Shown: in pieces, positions 19,431 to 32,700 of the stretch
Numbering within the stretch: the first letter of the stretch is position 1
Layout: every line of letters starts with the position of its first letter
Source: an uncultured Planctomycetota bacterium
Lineage (GTDB): Bacteria > Planctomycetota > Planctomycetia > Isosphaerales > Isosphaeraceae
Length of the DNA: 64,000 nucleotides
Assembly (NCBI GenBank): GCA_963845755.1
Contig: CAWJTV010000025.1
Coordinates: forward strand, 160,001 to 224,000
Direction: 5' to 3'
Position numbers and translations under genes: made by a program
Notes under the pieces: generated by a model
What the model was told of the DNA's origin: nothing
Seen by the model: only the letters and a program-made list of their open reading frames with translations
Database searches by the model: none

Positions 19431-19557
19431 TGTGCGTGTTGACGGACGGCGGATGAAAAAAGGTCAGCAGCGTGAAAAGGGAGCGGGAGCCTTTCCGAGG
19501 CTTCATTAACCTTCCCGAGCGAAGTCTCAAGACAGGTTCCTGGCACGGGTTTTCTCC

Positions 19558-21588
19558 TTAACGGCCCACGTCCAGGGCCAGCCGGGCGAGTGCCGCCAGC
19601 TCGAGCGTAATCCGCGCTGCGGGTCGCATCTCCCAACGGGGCGTCTGGCTCTTCTGCTCGAGGGCGTCGGCGAGCATGGCCACGGGTCGGGCGAGTCGAT
19701 CGAAGCCGATCGCCGCGCCGAACCGCGCGAGCTCGCGCCAGCTCCGCGCGGTGTGGGCGTCGGCCCGCTGGAGGCCCACCAGGAGGAGCTCGCCCAGGGC
19801 GATCAGGAGCTGGCGCGGATAGTCGTCGATCGGGTCGGTCGTGTGACCCGTCATGCCGCGAGCGGACCGGGCGACTGCCGCCTCGCCCGGGGCGCGGTCG
19901 ATCCAGGGCTGGAGGACCTCGCGGGAGGACTCCGTCCTGGAACACGAGCGCCGTGGGCGCGATCGCAAGCCCATGCGGGCCCGATCGCGCCGGTCCGGCG
20001 ACGAAGCGGAGCGATTCCGAGGGGCCTTTTGCCAGCCGGGCGAGGAGCGCCTCGACCCCGTCCCGGCCTCGGCTGTGGTAGGGATGCTCCAGCAGGGCGA
20101 TCCCTCCGCGCGCGTCGAGGACGGCGGCCCGGACGACCTGCGCGGCGGTGTCGAATCCGAACTCCTTCACCGCGGCGACCGCGACGACATGGAAGTCCTC
20201 GGCCACGCGACGCGGTCGAAGCGAGGACGGAGGCAAGACCCCGAGCCGGTGCGGAGCTCGTCGAAGTCCTCGGCCAGGACCGGGGCGCGGAGCTGCTCCC
20301 AGGTGAACGCCTGCGGGTTGACGGCCGCCCGGGCCCGGCCGATCACCAGGCGATGGCTCGGCGACCGCTTTGCCCCCTGGATCAGCAACTGGCCCGCGGC
20401 CAGGGTTGCCATTGAGGTCCCCTTGACGACCACAGTCTGAGCCAACTTCGCGAAGTCGCGCGGGGGTTCGATCGCGCCTTCCGCGGGATCGGCGAACTCG
20501 CGTCCGGCCACGACGATGGTCCCGGTGTTGACGTCTTGCAGATAGGCCAACAACTCCACGGCCCGTCGGGTCACGCGTGCCCCGCAGCCCAGCCCGACAT
20601 AACGTGCCCGATCGATCTCCACCGGCTGGTCGGACCGGGTCCCACGGATCAAGAGCTGTGGCACGGTCTTCGTGTCGTTCCGGATCGCGTCCGAGCGAAT
20701 CACCAGCTCCCCGATCAGCTCGGCGGTCCGGCTCGAATCGAACAGGGCGTCGTGTGCCCGGTAGCGCTCGAAGTCGCGCACAAGGTCCCCGATCAGCTCC
20801 GCCGGCCAGATCAGGTCTTCAGACCGGCAGCGCGCTTCCAGCCGGGCCAGCCGGTCGCCCCAGGCGGGCGGGGCTCCCGAGATCCCGTGCTCGAGCCATT
20901 CCTGGAGCGTCCCTTCCAGGTCGTCGAGCAGCGCGGTGGGGATCGGCAGGGCCGATTGCTGGGTCGAGACCAGCCCCGCCGTCGCGGAGGGCTCGAGCAT
21001 CCGGAACGCCCAGACGGCCGGCGGGACGTGCCGGCAGGGCGCCGGCTCGGCACAGTCGCAATGGGTATAGCGCAGGTCGCCCGGCACGAGGAACCGCACG
21101 GTGTGAGGCGGGACGTGGAACCGCGCGCTCGGCTTGGCCCCGCGGACCAGCTCGACGAGCAGGCCCTGCTGGTACTCGCCCCGCGCCTTGGTCAGCACGG
21201 CCGGCTTGAAGGCGGCGGCCAGGGCCTCGTCGGTGATCCGACCCGGGTCCCACGGCTCGGCTGGGCCCGAGGGGATCCCGGCCCCTCCTCCCGCGTCGGC
21301 CGCGGAACTCGCCGCCCTTCGCTGATAGGCCAGCACCGTGCGGACCAGGTGCCGGCAGAGCTCGGTCGCCGCGCAGGTGCATCGGCCGTCGGCGATCACC
21401 TTGCCCGGCGGCAGCCGGCATTCCACGCCGTCCGACCACCGCGCCGTCAACGCCCCGTCGGCCGCTTCATCCAGCTCGCCGGTCACCTCGCCCGATTCCA
21501 GCTCCCGCACGGCGCGCTTGACCGTCCCCCGGTTGGACAGGACCGCCAGGTCGTCCGGCGACAGCGCCATCAGGTCGGGTCGAGACAT
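19558..21588 (-). CDS. SWIM zinc-finger protein (YehQ-like); frameshifts near 20230 and 19930
   Basis: MSRPDLMALSPDDLAVLSNRGTVKRA; two SWIM-like motifs CTCAATELCRH and CDCAEPAPCRH; continues through ORFs 19406-20236 and 19558-19974. Confidence 0.85.
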
Positions 21589-21873
21589 CGGTCATCCGGG
21601 TGCCACGCGAGCACCACGCCGCGGCTGTTTCCTCAATGCGTCAAGGCTCGATCGTAATCCAGCCCGGTGCGACCGTCGAGGGCCACCCCGAACGGCTGGA
21701 AGAGGACCGACTCATCGTCTCGCGGGACCGACCCGGCGACCAGGCTTCATCCCGCCGCATCTTGCATTCGATCCGCGGCGCCCGCGGCGCGAAATGTTAG
21801 CCATGATGCCAAGAATCACCATCGTTGTGGTGATTTCGAGTTAATTGGTTGTGCGTGACCCGATAGCGTGAGA

Positions 21874-21913
21874 CGCTGATTGACATTCTCAGCACACTGC
21901 ATGATAATCAGCG
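21874..21913 (+). promoter_or_regulatory. Near-consensus sigma70 promoter embedded in an inverted repeat, antisense to the vWA gene
   Basis: TTGACA (21880-21885), 17 nt spacer, GATAAT (21903-21908); arms CGCTGATTGACA / TGATAATCAGCG. Confidence 0.5.
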
Positions 21914-21943
21914 AATTCTTGGTTCCGGCTATTTCGGGACCGA

Positions 21944-23080
21944 TCATCGGACCTTCTGTGCCACCCATTCGGCCAGCTCGCCGGGAGTCATGGCTGCGAC
22001 ATGGGCGCCCAGCGCGACAAGCCGCTGGGCGGTGGCCTTATCGTAGTTCGGCTCGGCGCGCTCGTCGAGCGCCGCCAGGCCGAGCAACGTCACGCCGCTC
22101 TCGACCAGTCCCTTGGCAACGCTCAGCACTCGATCGACTGGGGCACCTTCGTAGAAGTCGGTGATCAGCACGACGATCGTCCGCCGGGGATATTCAACCA
22201 GGCGGGCGGCATAAGCCAGCGCACTGCCGATGTCCGTCCCGCCCCCGAGTTGCACTTTCATGATCGTCTCCACGGGATCGTTACATTGATCGGTCACATC
22301 GACGATGTTGGTGTCGAACAGACAGAGGTGTGTCCGAAGCGTTTTGATGCCGAAGAAGATCGCCGCGGTGACGGCCGCATGGATCACGCTGTTGGCCATG
22401 CTGCCGGATTCGTTGACCAGGATGATCACCTGCCACTTGTCGGCCTGGCGGTGGATGCGCGAGAAGAAGAACGGAGTCTCGATGGTGAGCCGTTTTGCCT
22501 TCGGGTCGTAATGGCCCAGGTTGCGGCGGATGGTCGTCCGGGCGTCGAAGTTCTTGGCGACCTTGAGCCGGGTACGACGCTGACGGTTGACGGCGCCGAG
22601 GAACGCCGATTGGACCGGCCGCGCGAGCTTCTCCATCAGCTCCTCGACGACCTTGCGGACGTGGTCGTGCGCCAGGGCGAGCACCTGCTGATTCATCAGG
22701 TGTTTGGTGTGCAGCACGGCCTTGAGCAGCGTCATGCTGGGCCGGGCGCGGCGGAGCAGTTCGGGGTTCGTGACCATCTCCTCGAGCTGATACCGTTCGA
22801 GCGCGTCTTTCTCGATCCGCTCGATGGTCTTCTTGGGGAACAGGGTATGGACGGCGTTGATCCACTCGGGGACGGTGAGCTGGGACTCGCCGAGTCCGCC
22901 GCCGTGCCCGGTGCCGCCGCGGACGTTCCGCCCGGCGCCATACTCGCGATCGTAGAGATAGCCGAGGGCTCGCTCCTGTTCGGCGGCGGCGCCGTCGAGC
23001 GGGCATCCGAGTGCATCCTCCGCGCCCTGGCCGAGGACCAGCCGCCAGCGGACCAGCCGTTCGCGCGATTCGTCGCTCAT
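21944..23080 (-). CDS. vWA-domain protein (VWA_CoxE / YehP-like)
   Basis: Start [17 protein letters not shown] overlaps the upstream stop; MIDAS-like [23 protein letters not shown]. Confidence 0.9.
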   Translation of the reverse strand: MSDESRERLVRWRLVLGQGAEDALGCPLDGAAAEQERALGYLYDREYGAGRNVRGGTGHGGGLGESQLTVPEWINAVHTLFPKKTIERIEKDALERYQLEEMVTNPELLRRARPSMTLLKAVLHTKHLMNQQVLALAHDHVRKVVEELMEKLARPVQSAFLGAVNRQRRTRLKVAKNFDARTTIRRNLGHYDPKAKRLTIETPFFFSRIHRQADKWQVIILVNESGSMANSVIHAAVTAAIFFGIKTLRTHLCLFDTNIVDVTDQCNDPVETIMKVQLGGGTDIGSALAYAARLVEYPRRTIVVLITDFYEGAPVDRVLSVAKGLVESGVTLLGLAALDERAEPNYDKATAQRLVALGAHVAAMTPGELAEWVAQKVR

Positions 23081-25419
23081 GAGCGTCCCCCCCGAATGCC
23101 GAATCGATGGGCGGCCTGGAACAGCCGGGCCTCGAACGCCATCGCCCGCGCGGCGACCTCGGGACTGACCTCGAGCGCGGCCATCGATGATTCCTCCGGC
23201 TTGATCCCCAGCGCCTGGAGCAAGGTCAGCGCCATGTGATGTTTCTCTCGTGGTGTGAAATACGTGAAGGCCAGCCGGAGCGCGGGCAGGGCTTCCAGGA
23301 ACGATTCGGCGGAATACGCGGCGATCAGCTCGTCGATGCCGAGGATCAGGCCGATCTGCCGCTGGACGGCCTCGCGCGCCAGGCCGAATAGACCGGCGAG
23401 GAAGTCCCCGAGCTTGCCGGGGTCGGCAAAGAGTTTCAACTCGGCGCGGACGCGATCGGGGTCGGCCGCGCCCAGGGTCCACAAGGCGCCGTAGGCCGCG
23501 CCCCGAACAACCGGCGTCTGGCCCGGTTCGTCGCCGACGCGTCCGAGGACATCGAGGAACTCGGCGCGATCGAGGCGGCTCTCCGCGGCGCATTGCTCGA
23601 ACGTGTGCAGCAGCGAGCGGACGCCTTCGATCAGCTCGGCATCGTGTCCGCCGAGCTGCCCCAGGCCCTCGAGGAGCCACAACCCGCGCGCGAATGCCTC
23701 GACCAGCAGTGAGGCAACGTCCGGGCGCCCGCGGCTACCGAGCGTCGCATCGTGGCGGTAGAGATAGAGCAGGTGGCCCAGCGCACCGGTCACCGCCAGG
23801 AAATCCCCATCCTGGCGGATGAGGATGGCGAGCCGGCCTTGCAGCTCGCCGGCGACGGACGCCAGCCCGGCGAGCACCGCGTCGAGGAGGAGCCGCGCCG
23901 CGGCGGCCGCATCGCGCTCGATCCGCGCGGCCGACTCGAGTAACCGTGCGGCCGCAGCCTCGGCGAGCGTCGGGCCATACCGCGCCGCCTCGATGGCGGT
24001 CGCTTCCAGGTCGGGCGACCAGGCGATCCGCCAGCGCTCCCAGCACCGGACCAGGTCCTCGCGACGAGCGAAGTCGGTCCCGCCCAGCCGGCTGAACCCG
24101 GCGATCCGGAGCAGGGCGATTTGATGCAACAGGCGACTCTTCGAGCGGTCGGCCTCCGCGTCGAGGTCGAGCTCGAACTCGCGGGGCCGGTTGTCGGGCT
24201 CCCAGCCGTTCTCGGCGAGCCGGCCCTTGAGGTCGTGAACCAGGGGCGGCAACGCCGTCCCTTCCGCCAGGCGTCCGCGCTCGCCGCCGCGGAAGACCTC
24301 GTGCACGGCGTCGAGCAGCGGGTGAACCTCGCCCTGGATCGATTCGTCCTTGACCAGCGCCGCGGCGATGCCGTCGACCAGGTCGCGCCGCCAGACGGCG
24401 GCGTGGCCCCGGAGTGCCGCCAGCCCCCGGGCGGTCGCCTGGGCGGCGATCAGGTCGGCCGCGCTGATCGGCTGCCCGCGGTCGCGCAAGACCTTGGCCA
24501 CGCGCGCCAGCAGCCGACGATGCGTCTGCGACAGCCCCGCGCGCCCGTCCTCCCACGCCTGGTGGTAGAACCCCGGGTTCGGCATGCCTGCCTCGTATCC
24601 CTTCAGGCCGTCGAGCCGCTCGTACGAGTACGGCGTCAACGCCAGCCCGCGCTCCGTCATCTCGGCGACAGGTGCCGCAGGGGGACTCTCATCGTCAGCT
24701 CCGGGTTCGTCCAGGAGCGCCCGAAGCGCCGAGCTGTGGAAACCGCCCGTCACGACGAGCAACCGGCCCCGGTGCTCCCCCATCGCCCGGCGGATCTCCG
24801 CGGCCATGAACGCCTCCCGACGCCGGTCGACCGACCTCGTCTCGTCGTCGAGCCGGCGCATATGCTCGCAGAATGCGTGACCGCGGCGGAGGTATTCCTC
24901 GACGCTCATCGCCGGCTCGACCTCGAACATCTCATCCCAGAGCGCATCGAAGTCGTCGACTCCGAGCCGACGGCAGAGCATGGCGATATATGCACCTCCG
25001 CGCATCTCGGCATCGGCGTAGCGGTGGCTCAGGCGGTCGTCGCCCGCGACCTCGGCCCACGGCAGGTCGATGAACCGCACCGTCGCGCCCAGCCTCCGCC
25101 CGACCTGAAGCGCCTGCCACTCCGGCGAGAAGACGCAGAACGGGTAATACGCTCCCCATCGCGAGCCGTCGGCGAGCCGCACGTAGCTGTAGATCGCGAT
25201 CGGCAGATGATGGCCCAGGTACAGCTCATCCAGCCGGTCGTTGTAGTCGGAGGGGCCTTCGATCAGCACCGCATCGGGCCGCATCCGCTCGGCCAGCTCG
25301 ACGACCAGCCGCGCGCACAGCGGGCTATGATGCCGGACGGGAAAGAACACGACCCGGTCGCCGATGTCGATCCTGGCGGTGGGACGGTGGCGCTCAAGGC
25401 AGGTGGCTCCGGGCTTCAT
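23077..25419 (-). CDS. DUF5682 family protein (YehM-like)
   Basis: [65 protein letters not shown]. Confidence 0.88.
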   Translation of the reverse strand: MKPGATCLERHRPTARIDIGDRVVFFPVRHHSPLCARLVVELAERMRPDAVLIEGPSDYNDRLDELYLGHHLPIAIYSYVRLADGSRWGAYYPFCVFSPEWQALQVGRRLGATVRFIDLPWAEVAGDDRLSHRYADAEMRGGAYIAMLCRRLGVDDFDALWDEMFEVEPAMSVEEYLRRGHAFCEHMRRLDDETRSVDRRREAFMAAEIRRAMGEHRGRLLVVTGGFHSSALRALLDEPGADDESPPAAPVAEMTERGLALTPYSYERLDGLKGYEAGMPNPGFYHQAWEDGRAGLSQTHRRLLARVAKVLRDRGQPISAADLIAAQATARGLAALRGHAAVWRRDLVDGIAAALVKDESIQGEVHPLLDAVHEVFRGGERGRLAEGTALPPLVHDLKGRLAENGWEPDNRPREFELDLDAEADRSKSRLLHQIALLRIAGFSRLGGTDFARREDLVRCWERWRIAWSPDLEATAIEAARYGPTLAEAAAARLLESAARIERDAAAAARLLLDAVLAGLASVAGELQGRLAILIRQDGDFLAVTGALGHLLYLYRHDATLGSRGRPDVASLLVEAFARGLWLLEGLGQLGGHDAELIEGVRSLLHTFEQCAAESRLDRAEFLDVLGRVGDEPGQTPVVRGAAYGALWTLGAADPDRVRAELKLFADPGKLGDFLAGLFGLAREAVQRQIGLILGIDELIAAYSAESFLEALPALRLAFTYFTPREKHHMALTLLQALGIKPEESSMAALEVSPEVAARAMAFEARLFQAAHRFGIRGGRS

Positions 25420-26534
25420 AGTACGCCTTCCACGCGGCGCCGGGCCGCCCCTTGACGACGTGGTTGAAGTAGTGGCGGAGCTTCTTCAGATCGTCGGGCG
25501 CGTCCTTCAGCGCCGAGCCGACGAGGTGCTGGACCAGATGCCCCGGCTCGACCTCGCCCTGACCATAGTAGTACGCATGGAGCCCCGCGGCGAACCCGGC
25601 CGAGACGGCCTCGGCGGTGCTCAGGGCGGTCGTCAACGGCTCGAGCGCGCTGCCGGTGGCCGTCTTGCCGGAGCGGAGCTCGCGGAACGTCGTGACTAGC
25701 AATTCGGTGATCTCGGGCCGGAGCGAGACCGGCACCTCGGCGCGGTGGAGCAGCCGGTCCGACTCGCGCTGCACCAGGGCCATCTCCTCGGCCAGGTCGG
25801 CGATCGGGTGGACCGTCTCGAAGTTGAACCGCCGCTTCAGGGCCGCGCTCATCTCGTTGATGCCCCGGTCGCGCGTGTTGGCCGTGGCGACCACGTTGAA
25901 GCCCGCGCGGGCGTAGAGCGTCCGGCCGGGACCGCCCAATTCCGGGATGCTCATCACGCGGTCGCTCAGGATCGACAGGAGCACGTCCTGGATCTCCAGC
26001 GGGCAGCGCGTGATCTCCTCGAACCGGACGACTTTGCCCTCGCTCATCCCGCGATACAACGGCGCCGGGACGAGCGACGCCTCGCTCGGCCCCTCGGCCA
26101 GGAGCAAGGCATAATTCCACGAATACTTGATGTTATCCTCGGTGGTCCCCGCGCCTCCCCTGGATGGTCAAGGTCGAGTCGCGGCTGATGGCGGCGGCCA
26201 GCAGCTCGCTGAGGTAGCTCTTGGCCGTGCCGGGCTCGCCGATCAGCATCAAGCCGCGATTGGTCGCCAGCGCGACAACACAGCGCTCCAGGAAGGCGCG
26301 CCGGCCGACGAATTTGGGAGCGATCCCCTTCGCCTCGTCGCCCAGCACGAAGGTCAGCACGGAGCGGGGCGTGAGCCGCCAGCCCTGGGGCCGGGGCGCG
26401 CCGACGTCGTCGCGCGCGAGGCGCTCGAGCTCGTCGGCGTAGAGGACCTCGGCCGACGGGCGCTGGATCGCGTCGAGGTCGGCTGAGGCCACGGGGCTGG
26501 AAGCTGGGGTCTTGGGATTCTTCACTCGGGCCAT
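25394..26534 (-). CDS. MoxR-family AAA+ ATPase (YehL-like); frameshift near 26153
   Basis: Walker [28 protein letters not shown], Walker [33 protein letters not shown]. Confidence 0.92.
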
Positions 26535-26539
26535 GCGCG

Positions 26540-29500
26540 TTATTTCCCCTTCGATGCGATCTCGTTCAACGTGGCCATCACCTCGCTGATGACGACCGGG
26601 GCGACCTCGCGGAGCGGGACACGGATCTCGTGCTTGGGATACCAGTCCGTCGGGACGTAGATCCCCGGTACGAAGCAACACCAACTCACTTCCTGGTCCT
26701 TCCAGCCTTCCTTGTAGCCGATCGGCAAGCCGTCGTACCGGATCACGGCCGTGACGTTCGCTCCCTCGAACGGCTTGGAGTGCTCATCGAACCAACCGCC
26801 CTCCGCGGGCATGCCACGAGTCCAGCCGTTCCGCTCGAGGATGCCGACGAGGGTCAGCGCCGGGACCTTGATCCCTTTATACCGCAAGACCTCCGTGGCA
26901 TTACGCTCCTCGGGCTCGAGTCCATGCACCGTGCGCCCGAGCTGCGGGAACGGCGGGATGATCTCATAATCGCCGAAGATCTCGCCCCAGGCCGAGCGAT
27001 GTTCGTCGGTCAGGTGCAGGGGGTGGACGATACCAACCTTGGCGATCCCGTCCAGCCGATAGCTCGCTTCCTTCACGTCGGCGTAGTCGCGCTCCTCGGA
27101 GACGCGGAAGGTCGAGACGAGGCGGCCCTTCTCATCATAGCCGCCCCAGAGAAGAAGTCGGACGAGGTTGATCATCAGAGGATGCCGGACTAGCAGGGAT
27201 TCGAAGTCGGCCGGGCTCCAGCGTCGTCCGGTGACCATGGCCTGCTCCAGCCGCTCGGCCTGAACCTTGGCCACCTCGCGCACCTGCTTCTTGAGCTGCT
27301 TCCAGCCCTCGACGGCGGCAGCGGCCCTGGCCGCGTCGTCCTTGGTGCCGGGCTTGGGCAGGTCGTCCTTGAGCTTACCGGCCTCATCGCGGACCATCGG
27401 CTTCAGCTCCGCTCCGAGGGCAAACCGGAACTGGCGTGGACCGAAGTCGAAGACGCGGCTGCCGCGCTCGTCGAGTTCACAATCGGGGACGACGCGATCC
27501 TCCAGCTCGGCGCGGGAGAGGCCGCGATCCTGGGCGATCGCCTCCATCATCTCGGCGGCCTTGGCCTTGAGCCCTTTGAACGGCAGCTTCTGCGCGATCC
27601 CGCTGAGCTGCATCAATGCGGCGTCGGACCCGATCGCCCGCAGGCACTCCAGCCCGAATACGGCGCGCGGATGCTGGCTCGCACCCGGCCAGACGCGGAT
27701 CATCGGCGCCAGCTTCAAGGCCGCGGTGTCGGAGCCGAGCAGGCCGACGGCGCCCATGGCCCACTTCTCTTTCGGCGGCGTGCCTTCGAGCAGCCATCGC
27801 TCGAACAAGGCCCAGGCGAAGGCGTCGAGCGATCGGCGATCGGCATGGGCCTTCAACGCGGCCACGAGCGGCTGGGGTAAATCGAGTGTGCTCCTGGCGA
27901 GAGCGGCCAGCACGGCCCGGGTCTGCCCCGCGTCGAGCTTCCGTCCGTCGACGACGATCGGCGGCAAGTGCTCCGGCCCGACCCAGCGGGGCGGCTCGAC
28001 CTTCGTCGGGCCGTCCAGCGCCGATCGCAGCCAGCTCGGAGTGGTCTGGTCGTCCAGTACGGGGAGGGCTTCCTCGCCGCGCTCGATGACCTCGCGCCGG
28101 CCCCCTTCCGCAATCTTGGGGGAAGCCGATCCGGGCGCCTGCGGTAGGATCCCTCCTCCTCCTTTCGCTCCTGGGAGCGGAGGTAGTCGCGGGCGGCGTC
28201 GGCCAGCTTGCCCTTGCCCTCCGCGACGGGGATGAGGGCCGGGATGGCGTGGCTGGGGTTTTCGTCGAGCCAGCGGCGGGCGACCGCGGGCGCCTTCGAG
28301 GACATCAGCAACTCGAGCATGAGCGGCGCGGCCTTGGGCGATTTGACCAGCGCCAGGACCTTGAGGGCGGCTGCGCACTCGACCTTGTCCGTCAGGGTGC
28401 GGATGCCGTCGCGGACGTAATCGAGTGCGGAGTCCTCGGTGTGGGCCAGCCAGCCGCGGATGTGGTCGGTCGTGGTGAGGACCAGCCCGAGCCGCCGCAT
28501 CTCCAATTGGACCGACCGCGGGTCGCCGAGCCCCAAGACGAGGAGCTGCGGGCGCTGAGGATCATCGCGATCCTTATCGTCATCGCTGCGATAACGATCG
28601 TTGGGGATGCTGCCGACGATGCGAGCGGTCTGCTCGTGAAGCCCGAGCGCGGCGCCGAGGTGGACCCTGAACGGGAACGGTGCCAGGTGGTTCGGCGGGA
28701 GCCAGGACATTTCGGGCATCGTCTCGAGGTCGTGCCGCAGGCCGCCGTACTCCTCGTCCGTGAGATACGGCAAGACACACAAACGAAACCCATCGAGGAA
28801 GGCGTAGCCGAGCGCAACGCGCGTGTTCCGATCCAGGTTCTGCGATTCCCGCGCCAGCGTGATCCAATCACGGAGGGAGAAGAGATTGACCAGGACCGCG
28901 CGGAAAAGGTTGGGGACATCGCTCGCAGCGGCGATCTGCTTGACGGCATCCTCGAGTGCGATGGACTTGCCGAACTCGCCACGCCGTTCCCGCAGAGTTG
29001 TCCTGGCGAACTTCACCGGACTGATCTTCTGGCTGCTGGCTTCCGTAAGGGCCACAAACCAGAAATGGGCCTCCTCGTACGTCATGATGCAAGGGATCCG
29101 GAGCCGATTCCATTTCCAATTCCAGGGCCAGTTGTTCCCCGTGGGCCCGGGCGAATTCGGCGCCAGATCCATGAATCGCCCCAGGCACTCCTCGAAGTCA
29201 AAGGGTGTCGGCTCGGGCCGCGGCAGGGGCACGCGCGGCCGCCAGGTTGCCCAGAACCAGTCCTCGGGCTCGAGGTCGATCGCACAAGGTATCGCGACGG
29301 GTTCCGGCGTGGTGCCGGCGTCCGCTTGGGCATTGGGTGCGATCGCCTTCGCGCTCGCCGGATTGGGTGCGGTCGTGTCCGAGGACGACGGCTCCATCGC
29401 GTACGTCGCCCGTGGTCTCCACGTAGCCCTTCTTGAGCTTCTCGGCAATCAGTTTGTCATGCGAGGCCTTCGCCTCGATTGCAGTCGCGAAATCCTTGCG

Positions 29501-29620
29501 CTGTTTTTGACCTGACGTGCCGATCCGACCGAACTCGACCGTGTGCGCCGTATCGTCGAGATCGATCGACCAGAACTTCCGCGATGTGCCCTCGATGAGA
29601 TGGAACTCGCGCCGACTCAT
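26540..29620 (-). CDS. WGR + DUF4132 domain protein, paralog 2 (YehI/MolR-like); frameshifts near 29410 and 28150
   Basis: WGR domain [35 protein letters not shown]4132 [48 protein letters not shown]. Confidence 0.88.
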
Positions 29621-29731
29621 GTTCAGCCTCTGTGACGTCGAGAGATGACGATTCGGGATGCCTGAACACCCAACACAGAGTAACGCGACGAAGACAAGCT
29701 GGGAAGCGGCTGGTGCCTCCGGCCGGGCACA

Positions 29732-32700
29732 TCATTTCCCCTTCGAAGCCAGCACGCCCAGCGTCCCCAGCACCTCACTGATAACCACCGGATCCACGGC
29801 GCCCAGCGCGCAGGACCTCCCGATGCCCGCGGTAGCTCTCCGGCACATAGATTCCCGGAACGAAGAAGCATTTCACCAATTTTTGATCGTCCCAATCGAG
29901 CATGTAACCGACCGGGATGCCGGGGTACTGGATCACGGCCGTCACGTTGGCACCCACGAACGGCTTGGAGTGCTCGGAGAAGATCCCGGCGTCCTCCGGA
30001 ATGCCACGGTTCCAGCCGTGGCGCTCGAGGATGCCCACCAACGTCACCGCCGGCACCTCGATCGTCCGACCCTTCACCAGGTCCTTGTCCGTCTCCTGGC
30101 CGGGCTCGAGCCGGTGCACCGTGCGGCCGAGCTGCGGGAACGGCGGGATGATCTCGTAATCGCCGAAGATCTCGCCCCAGGCCGAGCGCTGCTCGTCGGT
30201 CAGGTGCAACGGGTGGACGATCCCCACCCCGGCGATCCCGTCCAGCCGATAGCGCGATTCCTCGACGTCGGCGTAGTCCCGCTCTTCGGTGACCCGAAAC
30301 GTGGAGACGAGTTGTCCCTTCTCGTCGTAACCGCCCCAGAGCACGAGCCGGACGAGGTTGATCATCAGGGGGTGTCGGACGAGCAGGGATTCGAAGTCGG
30401 CCGGATTCCAGCGACGGCCCGTGACCATCGCCTGCTCCAGCCGCTCGGCCTGAATCTTGGCCACCTCGCGGACCTGCTTCTTGAGCCGCTTCCAGTCCTC
30501 GACCGCGGCGGCGCCCTTGGTCGCATCATCCTTGACGCCGGGCTTGGGCAGGTCGTCCTTGAGCTTGCCGGCCCCGTCGCGGATCATCGGCTTCATCTCG
30601 TTCCCGAGGACGAACCGGAACTGCCGCGGCCCGAAGTCGAAGAGCCGGCCCCCGCGCTCGTCCAGCTCGCAGTCGGGGACGATCCGGTCCTCCAGCTCGG
30701 TGCGGGAGAGGCCGCGGTCCTTGGCGATCGCCCCCATCATCGCGGCGGCCCTGGACTTGAGCCCCTTGAACGGTAGCTTCTGGGCGATGCCGCTGAGCTG
30801 CATCAGCGCAACGTCGGAGCCGATCGCACGCAGGCATTCCAGGCCGAAGATGGCGCGTTGGTGCTGGCTCTCGCCGGGCCAGGCCCGGACCTTGGTAGTC
30901 AATTTCAGGGCGGCTCCGTCGGACCCGAGCAGCCCCAGAGCGCCCATGGCCCATTTCTGCTTCGAGGGCGTGCCTTCGGCCAGCCATCGCTCGAAGAGGG
31001 CCCAGGCGAAGGCGTCGAGCGACCGGCGGTCGGCATTGGCCCGGATGGCGGCCACGAGGGGATGCGGAGCGCCGAGCGTGCTCTTGCCCAGCGCACCGAG
31101 CAGCCGATCGACCTGCGGCTCGCTCAGCGCGCGGTCGCCGACGAGGATCGTGGGCAGCTCGCCCGGCCCGACCCATGAGGGGCCGGAGAGCTTCGCCGCG
31201 CCGTCGAGGGCCGACCGCAGCCATTCAGGGGTCGTCTCCGGATCAAAGGCCGGGATGAAGACCTCGGCGCGATCCAGCACCTCGCGGCGGACCTTCTCGG
31301 CCACGTCGGGCGGAGCGGACGCGAGACAGTCGCGGAGGAACGCCTCATGGCCTCGCCGCTTCTGATCGCGGAGGTATTCCATGGCGGCATCGGCCAGCTT
31401 TCCCTTGCCGGCGGCGATGGGGATCAGGCTGGTGACGGCGTGTCCGACCCGGACCTCGAGCCAGTCGCGTGCCGGCCTGGGGGCCTTCGAGGCCAGCATC
31501 AGCTCGAGCATCGGCGCAGCGGTCCGGGGCGAGACGACCCTCGCGAGAACCTCGATGAGGGCCGCGCAATCCTCCTTCTTGTTGATGGTCAGAATACTGT
31601 CCCGGACATCATCGAGCGCCGAGTCCTCGGTGTGCGCGATCCAGCCCCGGATGTCATCGGGAGTAATCAGGGTCAGCTTCAACCGCCGCATTTCCGACAC
31701 GACCGATTGCGGGTCGCCAAGCCCGAAAACGAGTCGCTGTGGGCGCTGCATGTCGTCCCGGCATACGCCGACATAGTGGTGGTCCGGAATGCTCCGGAGG
31801 AGGCGCCCGACCTCCGTGTGAAGGCCGAGCAAGGCCGCCAGATAAGACCCGAAAGGAAAGGGGGTGGAACAGCTCGGTGGAAGCGCGGGGGTGCCGAGCC
31901 TCGCCCGCAGGTCGTCCTGCATAGCCGGATACTCCGCCTCGGAGAGATAGGGCAAGACCCGTCGCCGGAAGCCGTCGAGCACCGCGTTCTCGATGGCGAG
32001 GATCTGGTAATAATACAGGCCCAGTCTCTCTTGCATCAGCGCGACCAGGTCGGAGAGCGAGAGCAGATGCACCAGTACGGCGAGCATGGCGGCGCCGCCG
32101 CCCGGGATGATGGTGCGGACGAGCTTGGCGGCCTCCTGGACCGAGAGCGTCCCATCGAAGGACTTCCTCCTGGTGCGGAGCTCCCGCACGAAGTAGCCGG
32201 GTTGCACCTCCCGTCGGATGACCTCAGCGATGGCCACCAGCCAGAAGTGGGCCTCCTCGCGGGTCATGGTCGGAGCAAGCCGGATCCTGTCCCAATTCCA
32301 CATCCCGGTCTGACGATTGCGCGTCACCTTGACGACCTGGTCCAGGCAGGACTCGAGGTCGAACGGCGCCGGCTCGGGAAGGGGCCTCGCCACGCGCGGC
32401 CGCCACGTCGCCCACAGCCAGTCGTCGGGATCGAGGTCGATCGAGCGGACGGTCAACAGCAGCTCGACGACTGTCGCGGCCTGGCCCTCCGGCGCGGGCT
32501 CGGGTGAATGGGGAGTTGGGACCGCGGCCGCCACCTCGGCCTTGGCCGCGGGCTTCGCGCGTGCCGGCCTGGGCGCGGCCGCTGATGTCATCGTCGTGGT
32601 CGTGCCGGAGGTCTCGGCATAGCCCTTCTTGACCTTTTCGGCGATCAGCTTGTCGTACGACGCCTTCGCCTCGGCCGCCGTCTTGAACTCCTTGCGCTGG

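Noticed and set aside
19474..19556. GGGAGCGGGAGCCTTT / AGGTTCCTGGCACGGGTTTT, possibly a REP remnant or terminator
   Set aside because: Too degenerate to define arms confidently.
21944..23680. 578-aa version of the vWA ORF
   Set aside because: The N-terminal 200 aa overlap DUF5682 in another frame; the real start is ATG at 23080.
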